This document shows positions 11,647-24,544 of a stretch of DNA of 64,000 nucleotides, piece by piece. The position numbers were made by a program, and so were the translations under genes. The notes under the pieces were generated by a model. The model was not told the origin of the DNA. It saw only the letters and a list, made by a program, of their open reading frames with translations, and did not search any database. Position 1 is the first letter of the stretch, and each line of letters starts with the position of its first letter. The stretch is from Chiloscyllium plagiosum (Eukaryota): assembly GCF_004010195.1 (NCBI RefSeq), contig NC_057718.1:39538635-39602634 (forward strand), in the 5' to 3' direction.

Positions 11647-13580
11647 GTGAGCTTCATCTGAATCTGGGATTTGACAAATGTTCCTATTCCTTTGGCATCT
11701 TATGGGTATTAATGAAGTAATCAAACAAAAAACCCAAGGCCTCTTAAACATGGTGGATTTTACATTACACTTAGCTGCTTCTACATGTTCTTTAGCCAAC
11801 AGCACTCTTAGGATAAAAATGAGAATTTTTTTCTGGAATTCAGAACTTGTTTATTTCATAATCAGTACTACTTTATTTGCTTTTTAAATTAACCTCGGCT
11901 GACATATGAACTTCTGCTGATATGTCAAGTATTCATTACAACAGGGAACACAATTACAATTAAGCTTGTAGAAGCATTGGAAGTAGGTGCATGAGCAGGC
12001 CACCCAGCCTGTTGAGCCTCCTCCATCACCTTGACAGATCAAAGCCAATTGTCTACCTTTACTATGTTTTTCCCACTATCCCTGATCCCTCAGTGAAGTT
12101 TTAAATCAAGAAAAGCAGGAATTCATTAAACATGTTATTTTCTGTGTGTCTTTCTAGTGAGCAAAATTTATGCAAATTATCAGAATCTTGCGACATCCAT
12201 AATTGTTTTTGACAGGAATTCGGAGGTTTTTTTTTTAACAAAAACATTAGTTTGGCACTGAAATTGGTCTCAAATTGGAGCTGGATTCAAGCACTTTAAA
12301 TTTTGCTTCATTTGCCAATGCTAGAAAATCACTCCAGACATCTACACTGACAGCTGAATCAGGTGCACCCATGACCCATTTAAAGATAACCTGTGTATGC
12401 TAACACATGGGTTTTTGTGCTTAACCTTGACATCAGAAGTTCACCATCTACAGTACTTTATTGATATTTTTCTGTTTCCCACAGAGCTATGCTGAGGCCT
12501 CCAAAATAAGATTTTCAATTGCTGAATTATGAGCATGTCTGAGCTAGGGAGCCCTCTTCCCATTCCATTCTGGATTAGGATTGTACCATATTCTTTATTT
12601 TGTTGCAGTCCTGAGCCAGCAGAGACCAATTCTAATTTCTGTAAACTGTTTCCACCAGCTCGTGTGAATGAATTTAAACCAAAGTTAAAAGCCAGAGTCC
12701 AACCTGCAGTTTTCCACTGCTATTTAATTTTTTTTTTCAAAGAAATGGCCATTTATAAGAGTGTGTTCTATTTCTTTAATTTTTGGAAATTTTATTTTTA
12801 ATCTTAAGTTTCTTAAACTTTTATTATCTTTCTGAGTTACAATTTTTGCAGTCAGCTTTATAACAGAGATTTGGAGATACAGCAATTTTGAATTTAAGAG
12901 GTTGATTTAGCATTTATAGACATACTCATAAACTGTTCAAGAAATACTCTGTTATAAAATTTTAACACTCAGTCCCATTGCAGTAGTCAAGAGGTATCTT
13001 TTATTCTGCTTGCTGGGAGCCAACACTGGTCAGTCCAAATGCTTCTTCAGCAAGATTCAAGTGAGCACAGTTTACATATGTTTTCATTATTAGTTACAAC
13101 TCAGTGGTATTTAGGCAAAAGCCACAGAATAATGGCCGCTAGTGGGCTGATAATTGTGTTCCAGTACAATAATTGCAGCGCAGAGGTATTATCTTTACAG
13201 AAACAGAAAGAATGTGCGTGTATTCTGCATAAAAGGTTTACAGTGGTGAATTGATGTGGTTTGCAACTACCAGACAATGTGACAATTGCCTTCCCATTAA
13301 GTTATTCTGTGCATTGTTTGTATGCTTTCCATTTCTTAATCAGGTCATCCTGCATCACTATTTGTGTATGCTCCTGATCCTGACTGGCACATCATAACAA
13401 ATCCAAATTTTGCACCTTTAGTCCAGAGATGCTTTTACTTAAATTAGGTGTGCTAATTCAGCTCCCTCAAGCTTTATGGCTGAGTAACTCCTCCAAAACA
13501 GTTTAGCCAGTGTTTTTGATTCTTGAACTTGTTGCAAAAATTTGAAACCTAAAGTTATAAGTAAAATATTAGCATTAATT

Positions 13581-15500
13581 AGTTATAGAGATGTACAGCA
13601 CGGAAACAGACCCTTCGGTCTAACTCGTCCATGCCGACCTGTTATCTTAACCTAATCCAGTCCCATTTGCCAGCACTTGGCCCATATCCCTCTAAACCCT
13701 TCCTATTCATATACACATCCAGATGCTATAAATACTATAATTTCACCAGCCTTCACCACTTCCTATGGTAGCTCATTCCATACACGAACCATCATCTGTG
13801 TGAAAAAGCTGCCCCTAAGGTCCCTTTTATATCTTTCCCCTCTCACCCTAAACCTCTAGTTCTGGACTCCCCCACCCCAGGGAAAATTCTTTGTCTATTT
13901 ATCCTATCCATGCCCCTCATGATTTTATTAACCTCTATAAGGCCACCCTCAGCCTCCGACACTCCAGGGAGAACACCCCAGTATGTTCAGCCTCTCCCTA
14001 TAGCTCAAATCTCCATCCCTGGCAGCATCCTTGTAAATGTTTTCTGAACTTTCAAGTTTCACAACATCCTTCCGATAGGAAGGAGACCAAAATTGCGTGC
14101 CATGTTCTAAAGGTGTCCAAACCAATGTCCTGTACAGCCGTAATATGACCTCCCAACTCCTATACTCAAGCTGTGACCAATAAAGGAAAGCATACTAAAC
14201 GCCGTCTTCACTATCCTATCTACCTGCCAGTCTACTTTCAAGGGACTATGAACCTGCACTCCAAGGTCTCTTTGTTCAGCTTTAAGGGCTTACCATTAAG
14301 TGTATAAATCCTGCTCTGATTTGCTTTTCCAAAATGCAGCACCTCGCATATATCCAAATTAAACTCCATCTGCCACTACTTAGCCCATTGGCCCATCTGA
14401 CCAAGATCCAGTTGTATTCTGAGGTAACCTTCTTCACTCTCCACTACACTCCAATTTTGGTGTCATCTGCAAACTTACTAACTATACCTCCTATTTTCAC
14501 ATCCAGAAAACCAGTAGACCCAGCAGCAATCATTATGACACATGAAGTCCATATGGATCACGTTTACCGCTCTGCCCTCATCAATCCTCTTTGTTACTTC
14601 TTCAAAAAACTCAGTTAAGTCCATGAGATGTGATTTCCCACACACAAAGCCATGTTGACTATCTCTAATCAGTCCTTGCCTTTCCAAATACATGTAAATC
14701 CTGACTCTCAGGATTCTCTCCAGCAACTTGCCCACCACTGATGTCAGGTTCACCGATCTATATTTCCCTGACTTTTTCTTACCACCACGTTAGCCAACCT
14801 CCAGTCTTCCGGCACCTCAACTGTGACTATCGGTAATATAATATCTCAGCATGGTGCCCAACAATCACTTCCCTAACTTTCCACCGAGTTCTAGGGTACA
14901 CCTGATCAGGTCCTGGGGATTTATCTACATTTATGCGTTTCAAGACATCCAGCAACACCACCTCTGTAATATGGATGTTTTTCAAGATGTCACCATTTAT
15001 TTCCCCATATTCTATATCTTCCATGTCCTTCTCCATAGTAAACACTGATGCAAAATATTCATTTAGTATCTCCCCTATCTCCTATGGCTCCACACATGGG
15101 CTTCCTTGCTGATCTTTAAGAGGCCCTATTCTCTCCCTGGTTACCCTTTTGTTTTTAGTGTATTTGTAAAAGCCCTTTGGATTCTCCTTAACTCTATTTG
15201 CCAAAGCTATCTCATGTCCCCTTTTTGTCCTCCTGATTTCCCTCTTAAATATACTCCTACTGCCTTTGTACTATTCTAAGGATTCGCTCGATTTCTCCTG
15301 TCTTTTTCTTAACCAAACCCTCAATTTCTCTAGTCATCCAGCATTCCCAATACCCACCAGCTTTTCCTTTCACCCCAATAGGAATATACTGTTTCTGGAC
15401 TCTCGTTATCTCATTTTTGAAGGCTTCCCATTTTCCAACATCTGTCCCCATCAGCTTTTGAAAGTCCTTGCCTAATACCATGAAAATTAGCCATCCTCCT
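13581..15500 (-). mobile_element. CR1 LINE, 5'-truncated with internal deletion, in an RCOR3 intron
   Basis: Minus-strand ORF pieces DKSPGPDQVYPR and LTSVVGKLLERIL...SQHGFVCGKS; CR1 3' tail at ~13581-13640. Confidence 0.9.
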
Positions 15501-16371
15501 CTTCGTAACTGACTTCTATATACTGTATATTATTCACAATGCACAAGAAATTACTAACACTAAATATCCAACCTGTATTGGCACAGGAAAATTAGAGCAT
15601 CTTTAAAACTATGGATTCTTATTTCACTGATATTGGATGATTTAAAAATAGGTAGAAATAGTCAACTGAAATGTTCCAACACTAGAATGCCCTGTAAACT
15701 TAAATGTAGAGTGCTGCAACACACATTTAAAGATTTGTACATTAATAAGGCAATTTACCCAACTTTCAGGACTGCAAGTATATGGATTTCAAACTTTGTA
15801 ATCTCAGTGATAAAGATTACTGAGACTATTGTGTTAGTTTGGCTGAGCCAGTCTACATCCTTTTTAGACAAATAGCCCTTTCCATTAGCAACACTGAGGT
15901 TTTACTGTTTTTGACATGTATGATTTATCTCTGCAACAGAAGTTAGATGCGACTCATTTAAAATAAGGATCCTTGATACATTGAAGAAAACTTTTTTACT
16001 TGTAATCCTTCACATTGGTAATTGGATAACAGGTCCAGGAGATTATTCATGTGAATTTACTTCGTAAACTGTACACCCAGCACAATGTGCAAACAGCACA
16101 ACCTTCCACCTATGTCTTTCTGTTTACTCCTCCATATGTCAAATATATTAAAGAGAGAAGGCAGGAGTATGAGGTTGTGGAACATATTGGCCATGATGAA
16201 ATAGCAGAGCAGACTCACTGACCTGAATGGCCAAATTCTGCTCCTATATCTTATGACCTTATATTTACTATTTTTCTAATTTTGTGTTTAGATGTTCAGA
16301 GATATTTCCCTCTTACTGCTTCACTATCAGGAGGTGAAGTCATAATCTAAAAATGTCTTGTGTGACTGCAG

Positions 16372-16613
16372 GTGTCCGTAAATATGGAAAGGACTTTCAA
16401 GCCATCGCAGACGTGATTGGAAACAAGACTGTTGGACAAGTGAAGAACTTTTTTGTTAACTACAGACGTCGTTTTAATCTTGAAGAAGTCCTACAGGAAT
16501 GGGAGGCAGAACAAGGAACACAAGAATCTAATGGAGTGTCTCCCACATCAGGGGATGAAGGAAAGCCCACCTTGATTTCTGTTCCAGCAAAAAGTCCAGA
16601 TGTAGAGGAGGAG
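16372..16613 (+). CDS. RCOR3: REST corepressor 3, penultimate coding exon (SANT2 domain and acidic linker)
   Basis: ctgcag acceptor; translation [51 protein letters not shown] is the RCOR3 SANT2 sequence; donor GAG|gtagta at 16614 (alternative GTA|gtaagt at 16617). Confidence 0.95.
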
Positions 16614-17379
16614 GTAGTAAGTTTTTCATCCCATCCTTTGTTTCTATTGTAAGTGTACTTTAGCATTTAAAAAGAAATAGTAAGGGCTGGGTTTTCATTA
16701 CCAAAGCAGGTGGTAGAACTTCTTTATTGAAGGTGCCCCGTCAGGCCAGATGTTTGCTCTAGCCTCGCAGGATATGTGAGATAAAGTCAGGTTCGCTGTC
16801 CAAGAATTAGATTAGGAGTGGTAACCACGGCAGCTGAATGCCAAGGCAAGCTGTTTAAAAGACCTGTTTTGATTCTCTGGAAATTTGTTTCACTTATTTC
16901 TTTATTTTGTTCAGGCTCTCTTACCTCATCCCTTATACCCTGATCCTTCCCCATGCTAATTACATGCCCTCCTATCCAAACCCCAAAAGACCCTCATACC
17001 CTCCATGTCAGCTCAAAACAATTCCATGCCTATTCACCCAGTGTACAGTCTGTGGAAACAGTGGTCTGTGAGGAACTACTTAAAAAGCACTTATTTATAA
17101 TTTTATTTATAAAATAAAAACCTGCATCTACAAACATATAAAAGTGTCAACTAGACATTTTAAAGACCAGGTAATAGTAGGCATTTGATACTAATTTAAC
17201 TTGTCCAAATAAATATTCAGCCTTTGCAGAAGAGATCACAGACAAAAATATAGCTTTATAATATTTTAATAAGCTGTCAATCAGGCAGAATTTTCCCTTC
17301 TTCTCAGCTGTGCCACAGAGATAATCCTTTTCTGGGAGTCTGAGCCACCCTTATTATCAATATATAATGGAATCATTTA

Positions 17380-17545
17380 ACTTCACCTGAAAAGGCAGGT
17401 GGCCTTGATTTGACATTTCATTTAAACAAAAGTCATCTAACAAATGTAGCTGTCCCTATCTCTGTACTAGAATGTCAGCTTTAATTTTTGTGCTCAAGTG
17501 GAACAACCTTTTGACTCCGAGATGAAAGTGTTACCAGTTGAGCAC
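17380..17545 (-). mobile_element. tRNA-derived SINE with Deu-like central domain (SacSINE1-like), decayed
   Basis: Reverse complement gives a tRNA-like head followed by a Deu-domain-like segment; paralogous to 45525-45710. Confidence 0.5.
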
Positions 17546-17877
17546 TCTTCCAATGTCAGAAGATGAACTAAGAATTTTTTTACTGGTTACACTTCAATAC
17601 TGTAAAAGTAAAAACACTGCAAAAGTTCTCATCGGGTCTCTAATTTGAAAATAGAGATTTCTAGAAAACAATAGAAAGAAAAACTGGGGACCTTGATATA
17701 ATTTTTATGAATAAAAATATATTAGTTTCTTAATACAGTTACATCTGAACATTTCATGTGCTCTATACTAATGGCATATTTCCAAGTTGTAGGCACAAGT
17801 TATTCTAATTTAGATATCTAAAGGCTATTTGTTTTCATGTGAGTTATGGCTAGTTCTTCTCCTTATTTCTTTTACAG

Positions 17878-18195
17878 GTTCAACCTCCTCCAGCTTCTGG
17901 CCCAGCACCTCCAACTCCAGTTACTGTTGCTGTTACATGCGTTGCTACTTTAAACCAGCCTCCACCATTGCTTCGACCAGTGCTTCCTGCAGCTCCTGCT
18001 CTTCATCGTCAGCCACCTCCTCTCCAGCAACAGACTCGTTTTTTACAGCCAAGACCAACTCTTAACCAACCTCCACCCCCACTAATACGTCCAAGTAACC
18101 CTATTCCACCCCGCTTGAACCCTAGGCCAGTACTGCAGCAGCCTCCATCGCTGATTGGAATTCAATCGGAATCACAGCCTTCATCTTTACATTGA
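17878..18195 (+). CDS. RCOR3: REST corepressor 3, last coding exon (Pro-rich C-terminus to stop)
   Basis: ttttacag acceptor; [12 protein letters not shown]...[50 protein letters not shown]...[21 protein letters not shown]3-specific tail. Confidence 0.95.
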   Translation, partial: VQPPPASGPAPPTPVTVAVTCVATLNQPPPLLRPVLPAAPALHRQPPPLQQQTRFLQPRPTLNQPPPPLIRPSNPIPPRLNPRPVLQQPPSLIGIQSESQPSSLH

Positions 18196-20036
18196 CTTAA
18201 TTTTTCTTTGTTTTTGACGTAACTAAAACAGAAAAGTTTGCTTGTGTGGCTTTGTTTAATTAAAGTTGTTTCAACATGTCCCAAAATTCACCAACTAAGA
18301 TGAATGTTTAACACTAGCTAATTGTATCTTGACATACTGCATCTCTGCGAGTTCTTTATTTTGGGTGAATTGAAATCCTGACAACACAATATTTTAAATT
18401 AGATTACTTATTGTCTGTCCATGTCTTTTTGTACAGAAAATGAAAATCAATAACATTGACACCTGAGGAACTTAAGAAAAATGTTTTTTGCAGTTGTTTT
18501 TGCAAGCTAGTGCACCACAATCCTTATTTTATTGCCCTGTACTAATTTATTATATTTGAAATTACAGTATTCAGTTAATAAAGATTAAACATCAGGAAAC
18601 ATAAAAGATTGTGTTGTATAAAATACAGTCTTTTGAAATTGTATTTTTTATGGTTAAAACTTTTTGGATTTGACAGCATCAACTCCTCGTTGTACAAGTC
18701 AAAAACCTGGTCGCAAGGAAGTGCACTTAATTCAGTTTAATTCCAAAATAAATCTTTTGATTTGAAACATCCAGTCAGACAGAAAATTAATTTTAATTTA
18801 TTAGATGTTTTCAATTTATTGCATATAATTTGAATTTTGTAAAATATAACATAGCTGAAAGTGAGATAGTTACTGCATTTTATTGGTTTTCATACCAAAG
18901 AGGTGCACTTGGTTTAGGATAACTCCAGATATAATCTTCCTGTTGATCAAAATTACAATAAATTTAAATATCTGATCTCAGCTAATCAAAATCTGTCATT
19001 ATGCCTACATTTTAAAAAATGTATTTATAAAATGATTAATAGCTACTAAGATGTGGCAATTGCTGTATTTTTGTAGCAAACATATTTTAACCTCATGATA
19101 ATGCAATTCTTTTAAATTAAAATAATTACCTCCTAGGGTACAAGACGTGAGTCCTGTTCACAGGGAAATGAACATCACTAAGGGTACATTCATCACATTA
19201 TCAACTCAATGTTATTAAGATTATTGAAATTGATGGCCAAGAATAGGTCCTTGAACAGTTATTCACAAGCCAAGAGATCATGAGTCTGAGTTGTAAAGGT
19301 GTCCATAACTGGATACTACTGTACACCTTTGAGTATGAACTTTTATTAGTTTTCAGTCTAGCCAGTAGATTGAATAGTTGAATATGATAGAATACTTACT
19401 GTGAGGGGAAAGTGGCCAGGGTAGCCCAGGCACAATTGCCTTACTTTAGAAATGTGCCTCCAGTTGGCTGCTAGCAGAAGGCCATTAACCATGATCATGT
19501 ATTAGAAGACAGTCTGCAGAATCATTCTCTCCCAGAAAAAGGCAAATGTAGATTGTGCCCTGTAGGGAAATAGAGGGAGTGGGTGTGAGAATTTTTCAAA
19601 TAGTTAATTTTTAGTAAAAACGGCTTGAGAAATGGCTTCATCTGGAGGCTCACTTATGATGTTACCTAGTATGGTGACGAAAATGAACCTTCCAGCTCAA
19701 CGAGCAAACCTACATCCAGAATGGCTTGAGACTGTATTGATATGCATTAATTCTTTTTCAGTGTAAGATGTTTAAAAATACTAAAATGAAATTATACTGT
19801 AATTTGTAGACGATAGCACAAAGAAGAACCTATAAAACCTCAAAGTAGTTTACTGTATATAATGTCATGAATTTTGTCTTATTTTAGTTTATAGGATATG
19901 TAACAACTGCGCATGTACAGTCAGCTTCCTTATTTATCTGTTAAATCAGACCTTCTGCATGTACTTTTAAGCAATATTTTTAGTGTGAGAAATTGTGTGC
20001 TTGCTCCTTTGCTGTATTAAACTTTTATCTGGAAAT
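18196..20036 (+). other. RCOR3: Probable RCOR3 3'UTR
   Basis: AT-rich, nearly repeat-free sequence after the stop; AATAAA near 18747 and 18957; ATTAAA at 20016 followed by a T/GT-rich tract; repeats resume at ~20300. Confidence 0.6.
19657..19720 (+). mobile_element. Short PLE-type terminal fragment inside the 3'UTR
   Basis: gatgttacctagtatggtgacgaaa resembles a hammerhead stem II plus GAAA; CTGA half is missing. Confidence 0.35.
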
Positions 20037-20050
20037 GATTTTTTTGTGTT
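20016..20050 (+). terminator. Candidate distal polyadenylation signal (ATTAAA plus downstream U/GU-rich element)
   Basis: ATTAAA at 20016-20021, then a T run and gtgttt about 20 nt downstream. Confidence 0.5.
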
Positions 20051-20296
20051 TAATAAGGTTTTTAATAGGTTTGCAGTTAACACATTGTTATAAATAGATT
20101 TTACTGCTTTATATTGGGACCTCTTATGCTCCATAAAAAGTTAATTCTGCAACTGAAAATTTGCAACTGAATATTGCACGGCAAAATGTTTTCTAATTTC
20201 TGTAGTTTTGCTTTAGTCTGTCTAATTTGGTACTTGGAGTGACGAACCTTTATGCAAGAGTAAGATGCAAGAAAGACAGAAATTAAGGCCTCCAAA

Positions 20297-20700
20297 ATAG
20301 AAGCAGGAGTAAGCTATTGGACCAACATTACATTGAACATAGTAGTGGTTGATTCTCTATCTCAATGCTATACTACTCTCTCACTGTGCATCTTGACACT
20401 TCTAGTCTTTAGATATCTTACCTGTTTCTCAGATATATTCAGGGACTTGGCTTCCATAGCCTAGTGTAATAGAGAAATCCACAGTTTCACCACCCTGTGA
20501 AGAAATTTCTCCTCATTCCAGTCCAAAATAGCCTTTCATATATCCTGAGACCATAACCCATTGTTCTGGACCCCTGACTGGGGGAAACGTGCATCAAAAT
20601 TTTATGTTTCAATGAGATTCCTTCTTAACCTTTTAAACTATAATTAATACAATATGACTGAAAACCTTTTCTTGTATGACAAACTTGCCATTTCAGATTT
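20297..20700 (-). mobile_element. Old CR1 3' fragment
   Basis: atagaagcaggagtaagc tail and gaagaaatttctcctcat motif shared with other minus-strand CR1 copies. Confidence 0.65.
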
Positions 20701-21272
20701 GGGAAAATTGGAAAGTTTCTCCAACTGGACATTGTCAATTATACTTGATTTGTGTGAATGGGGAGACATATATTGATATGGGTTTGTAGTATGTTTTCTG
20801 CCCATATAAAGTTCAGACACTTTCTGATAATTAGGAAAATGCTTGATGCAAACTAATCACTTAAAAGACTGCAAAATTTTGGATATTGGTAAACGGGACT
20901 AGATTAGGTTATGATATCTGGTCAGCATTAACAAGTTGGACCAAAGGATCTGTTTCCATGCTGTACATCTCTATGGCTCTTACTTACATATTCAATGACA
21001 ATGTGACCCAGGTACTCTTGACTTTTTAAACTTTATATTCATAATTGACCTTTCCAAACAAATTTCTACTTGCAGCCCTCAACTCTCAAATCGAAGTACT
21101 ATCCCATTGACAGATTAAATTTTGAATGCATTTGTATAGTAAAATAATTAAAACATTTAAAATTGGAAAGCTTTTCCATTTGGAGGCTGTCAGTCATGCT
21201 ATACCTGATTTGCATGAATGAGGGAGATTATTATATTTCAATTTGGCATTACATTGTTTTCTGTTTGTTTAT

Positions 21273-21496
21273 GAGGAGAAAGTGAGGACTGCAGATGCTG
21301 GAGATCAGAGCTGAAAATGTGTTGCTGGAAAAGCGCAGCAGGTCAGGCAGCATCCAAGGAGCAGGAGAATCGACGTTTCGGGCATAAGCCCTTCAGGAAA
21401 CGGGCTGAAGAAGGGCTTATGCCCGAAACGTCGATTCCCCTGCTCCTTGGATGCTGCCTGACCTGCTGCGCTTTTCCAGCAACACATTTTCAGCTC
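21273..21496. mobile_element. Palindromic PLE-derived element (family A), tail on the left; intact hammerhead core on the plus strand
   Basis: 35-nt tail 21273-21307, inverted arms 21308-21496; CTGAAGA at 21405-21411, stem II GGGC/GCCC, GAAACGTC at 21425-21432; no clear TSD. Confidence 0.85.
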
Positions 21497-22699
21497 AGGC
21501 TGATTTATGCCCAAATTCAGGTGCATTCGGAGATTAGGAAGATACTTGGGTGTAATTTGATGTCTAGAAATTGCCTGCAATTTTCAATATAATTTCTGAG
21601 TTACATCCAAGAAGGAAACTTCAGGTATGGATTGTATTAACAAAAAAAATCAAAGCAGTGTTACACAGATGTCAGGATACATTACAAAGTCCAAGAAAAC
21701 ATAGTTAAGAATAGCAAGGATGAGACCACACTAAAGCATGTGAATAGAAATATACATAAGTAATTTTTAATAGAGCAGCAGCTGAATATTTTGGTAATGT
21801 ATAACCTGGCAATTAGCACTTGTTAAATGAATGGTGACTATGAGATAGATGCATCACTGCAATCTGGATTAAGATGACTGGTGGATGAATGAAGGGAAGT
21901 TCATGAAATACATAGAAAATAAGTGTGGATGAGATGGATTGAACTGGGAAGAATCACCACTTGTACTCCCAAAAACCCTTATGTGGTTAGATCACTGAAT
22001 TGCTTCTTTCATTGTATTCAGGAACAGGCACAAAATTATGACCCTACACCTCACTACATGTAATCATATTTTTAATGGTAACCAGAGGTTTCTTCTCATT
22101 TCTGGGAAATGTATATCGTTGCTGCTCCTGACTGTATGCAGCAGTAATTTTGGTCATGCATCTTTGTACCTAGGTGCTATCCTTGTTTGACAAGCTCTAA
22201 TTTCCATTGGTACATTCTTCCTTGCTTCAGATTGCCTACCATGAATCTTGGAAATGGAAAACCTAAAAGGCAAAATTGTTAGCCCTGATCGCTTATTGAA
22301 ATTCATTGAGTTGACATCACGGCTTCATCAACACCGTTCTCCACCCCTCTCAGAAATCACTGAATGGGAGTCATAGGTACCGGTGTTTAGAGCTTAATTG
22401 GAACATGGCCAAGACTGACCATTCAGAATAGGAATGGAAGAGAAAGTTAAAGCAATGAGTCACAAGCAACATGACAACACTGTTTTTAAAAAAAACTCCT
22501 GAATATTCTGTGTTCCTATCTTTTTGAAATATATTTTTTTCCATGAGAGGGATAAAAGTAAGCCACCTCAATGAGCTTGCCCCAAATGATATACCAGTCT
22601 CATTTTACACTTTGGTAAATTGAGAAGTCATAGTTGGAAAAGTGAAACAGATTCATGTCAAATAAATTGACTTTACTTTGGGAAATTAACAGGCAGTTT

Positions 22700-24530
22700 C
22701 AAGAATATTGGCCTTGCTAAGAGCAGTGAAACAACCAATGGAGGAAAAAGAAATGAAATGTTACAGCAGCAACGTCCTGGATTGTTTCTTGACTGGGTTG
22801 CAGACTAGATCTCAGACCCTTAGCATTAGACTGGAAGAAAAGGAGTCTAGGAATGACTTAGAAAATTCAATTATCAGATATAATTTTCAAAAATGTAGCT
22901 AAAACAGATTAAAGAGAATGTTAAGCTCACCCTCTTTAATAGAAATGCAACAGATTCCAAACTGAAAGAGATACCAGCAACCTATTGAGAAATTGAATCA
23001 GAAACAATACCTGAATGCTATTATTGGAAAAACAAAGTACTAATGAATCTATTAGGGGATAGTTGCATTAGAGGCATTGTAACAAATTCTTATGAGTGGA
23101 TCTCTAAATTCCAATGGCAGGTCACTTAACTATTAGGAAAATATAGGTTAAAATATTAGAACATTTTTATTGGCCAGGATTACCTAAATATGTACTCACA
23201 TTTTGCCAGATAGGCCATTCATGTCAGGTAGTGGGGAAACACCATCAATTAAACCAGCACCTTTAATTCTGATGCCAACTTTGAAAAATAGATTGCATAG
23301 GATTGCCACTAAAGTCAGGAATGGAAATTAGTATCTTTTAACAATTATGGATATTTCCACAAGATTTCATGAAGCAGTGCCTTTAAGAAAAAACAACTGC
23401 AAAACCTCTAGTGGAAAAGGAGTAAGTAATTTTGTTTTACAACATTTGGATTACCCAAAGAAATACAATCATATCAAGATTCAAGTTTTAGTTTGCAAAT
23501 ATTCAAAACATAATGGCTAATTTTGGAATAAAACAATTATTTTTCTGCTTATCACTCACAAGCTCAATGTACATTGGAAAGATGGCATGATTAAAGCTTG
23601 TCGTCAAGAATGTCCTGATGATTGGGATTTTAAAAATTTATTATGACTATTTGCCATTAGGAATGTTCCAAATGAGTCTGCAGGATTTGGTCCTTTCAAA
23701 ATAATATATGGACATGAGGTGAGAGGGCCACTTAAATTAATTAATGACAAATTGATAAATCCAAATTCAGAGATTTCAGTTCCAGCTAGAACAGAAGTTT
23801 CTACAGAAAGAAACTGACCAAACATGCGAGTTGGTTAAACGCATTTGAAAAGTGTGAAAAAAAACAATGAAAACTAAAATTCAAAATTTTGGTGCCGATG
23901 TCTAAGTGTTAGTGTTGTTACCTGCCTCTGTGGAATCATTAAAATAATGGTTCATTGGACCTTATCAAATCAAAAATAAACTCGATGTGAATTATATAGT
24001 GAGTATTCCAGAACAAGAGAAAAATATCAGTGAGTGTGTCATTAAAATATTAAGTTAAAGAGGTATTATCTGAGAGAAGATAGCTGGGGCAAGTATACTT
24101 TCAGTAGTGAAAGAAGTAGCAAGAGAAATATCAAAACATTTGAAGAATGAGTCAGAAATTCTAAATTCAAAAATTGGCCTTCCAGTAATAGTTTAGATAC
24201 AGATGTGTTTAAAAGGTTAAAGTGTATCAATTTTATCTTTCAGAAAACTATCAAAATGACTTTTAAAAGCAATTACAGAATAATCAATAAATTTTGTTTT
24301 GGCTGTTTAGGAGATTAATGTGGGGGCATTACCTGTGAAACAACATCCTTACAGATTCAATTCAGAGAGGCTGACTCAAGGAAAGGAAGAGATTAAGTTG
24401 TGGATGAACAACATTTTTCAATTGAGTCATAGCAGTTGAGGTTTACCTAATGTGATGATGCCAAAACTGGATGGGGCACAAAGATCATTATCAATTCCTG
24501 CAAAGTCAAAGTGGTAACAAAAGCAGGCTA
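22700..24530 (+). mobile_element. Decayed Ty3/Gypsy LTR retrotransposon pol, Gmr1-like (integrase upstream of RT)
   Basis: Integrase remnants GHSCQVVGK, PAPLI and YLLTIMDISTRFHEAVPLR (23210-23390), FGPF-IIYGHEVRGPL (~23690-23730); then RT start LPVKQHPYRFN and SHSS*GLPNVMMPKLDGAQR (24320-24485). Confidence 0.75.
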
Positions 24531-24544
24531 CTCCAAGAAGAAAA

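Noticed and set aside
11262..11657. 131-aa minus-strand ORF overlapping the RCOR3 exon
   Set aside because: Non-ATG start, no recognisable homology, AT-rich intronic composition
21305..21592. Recurrent small ORFs MCCWKSAAGQAASKEQENRRFGHKPF / LMPETSILLLLGCCLTCCAF on both strands (also near 1745, 5204, 27402, 37693)
   Set aside because: They are translations of the palindromic repeat arms; frames and ends vary between copies, so this is not a protein family
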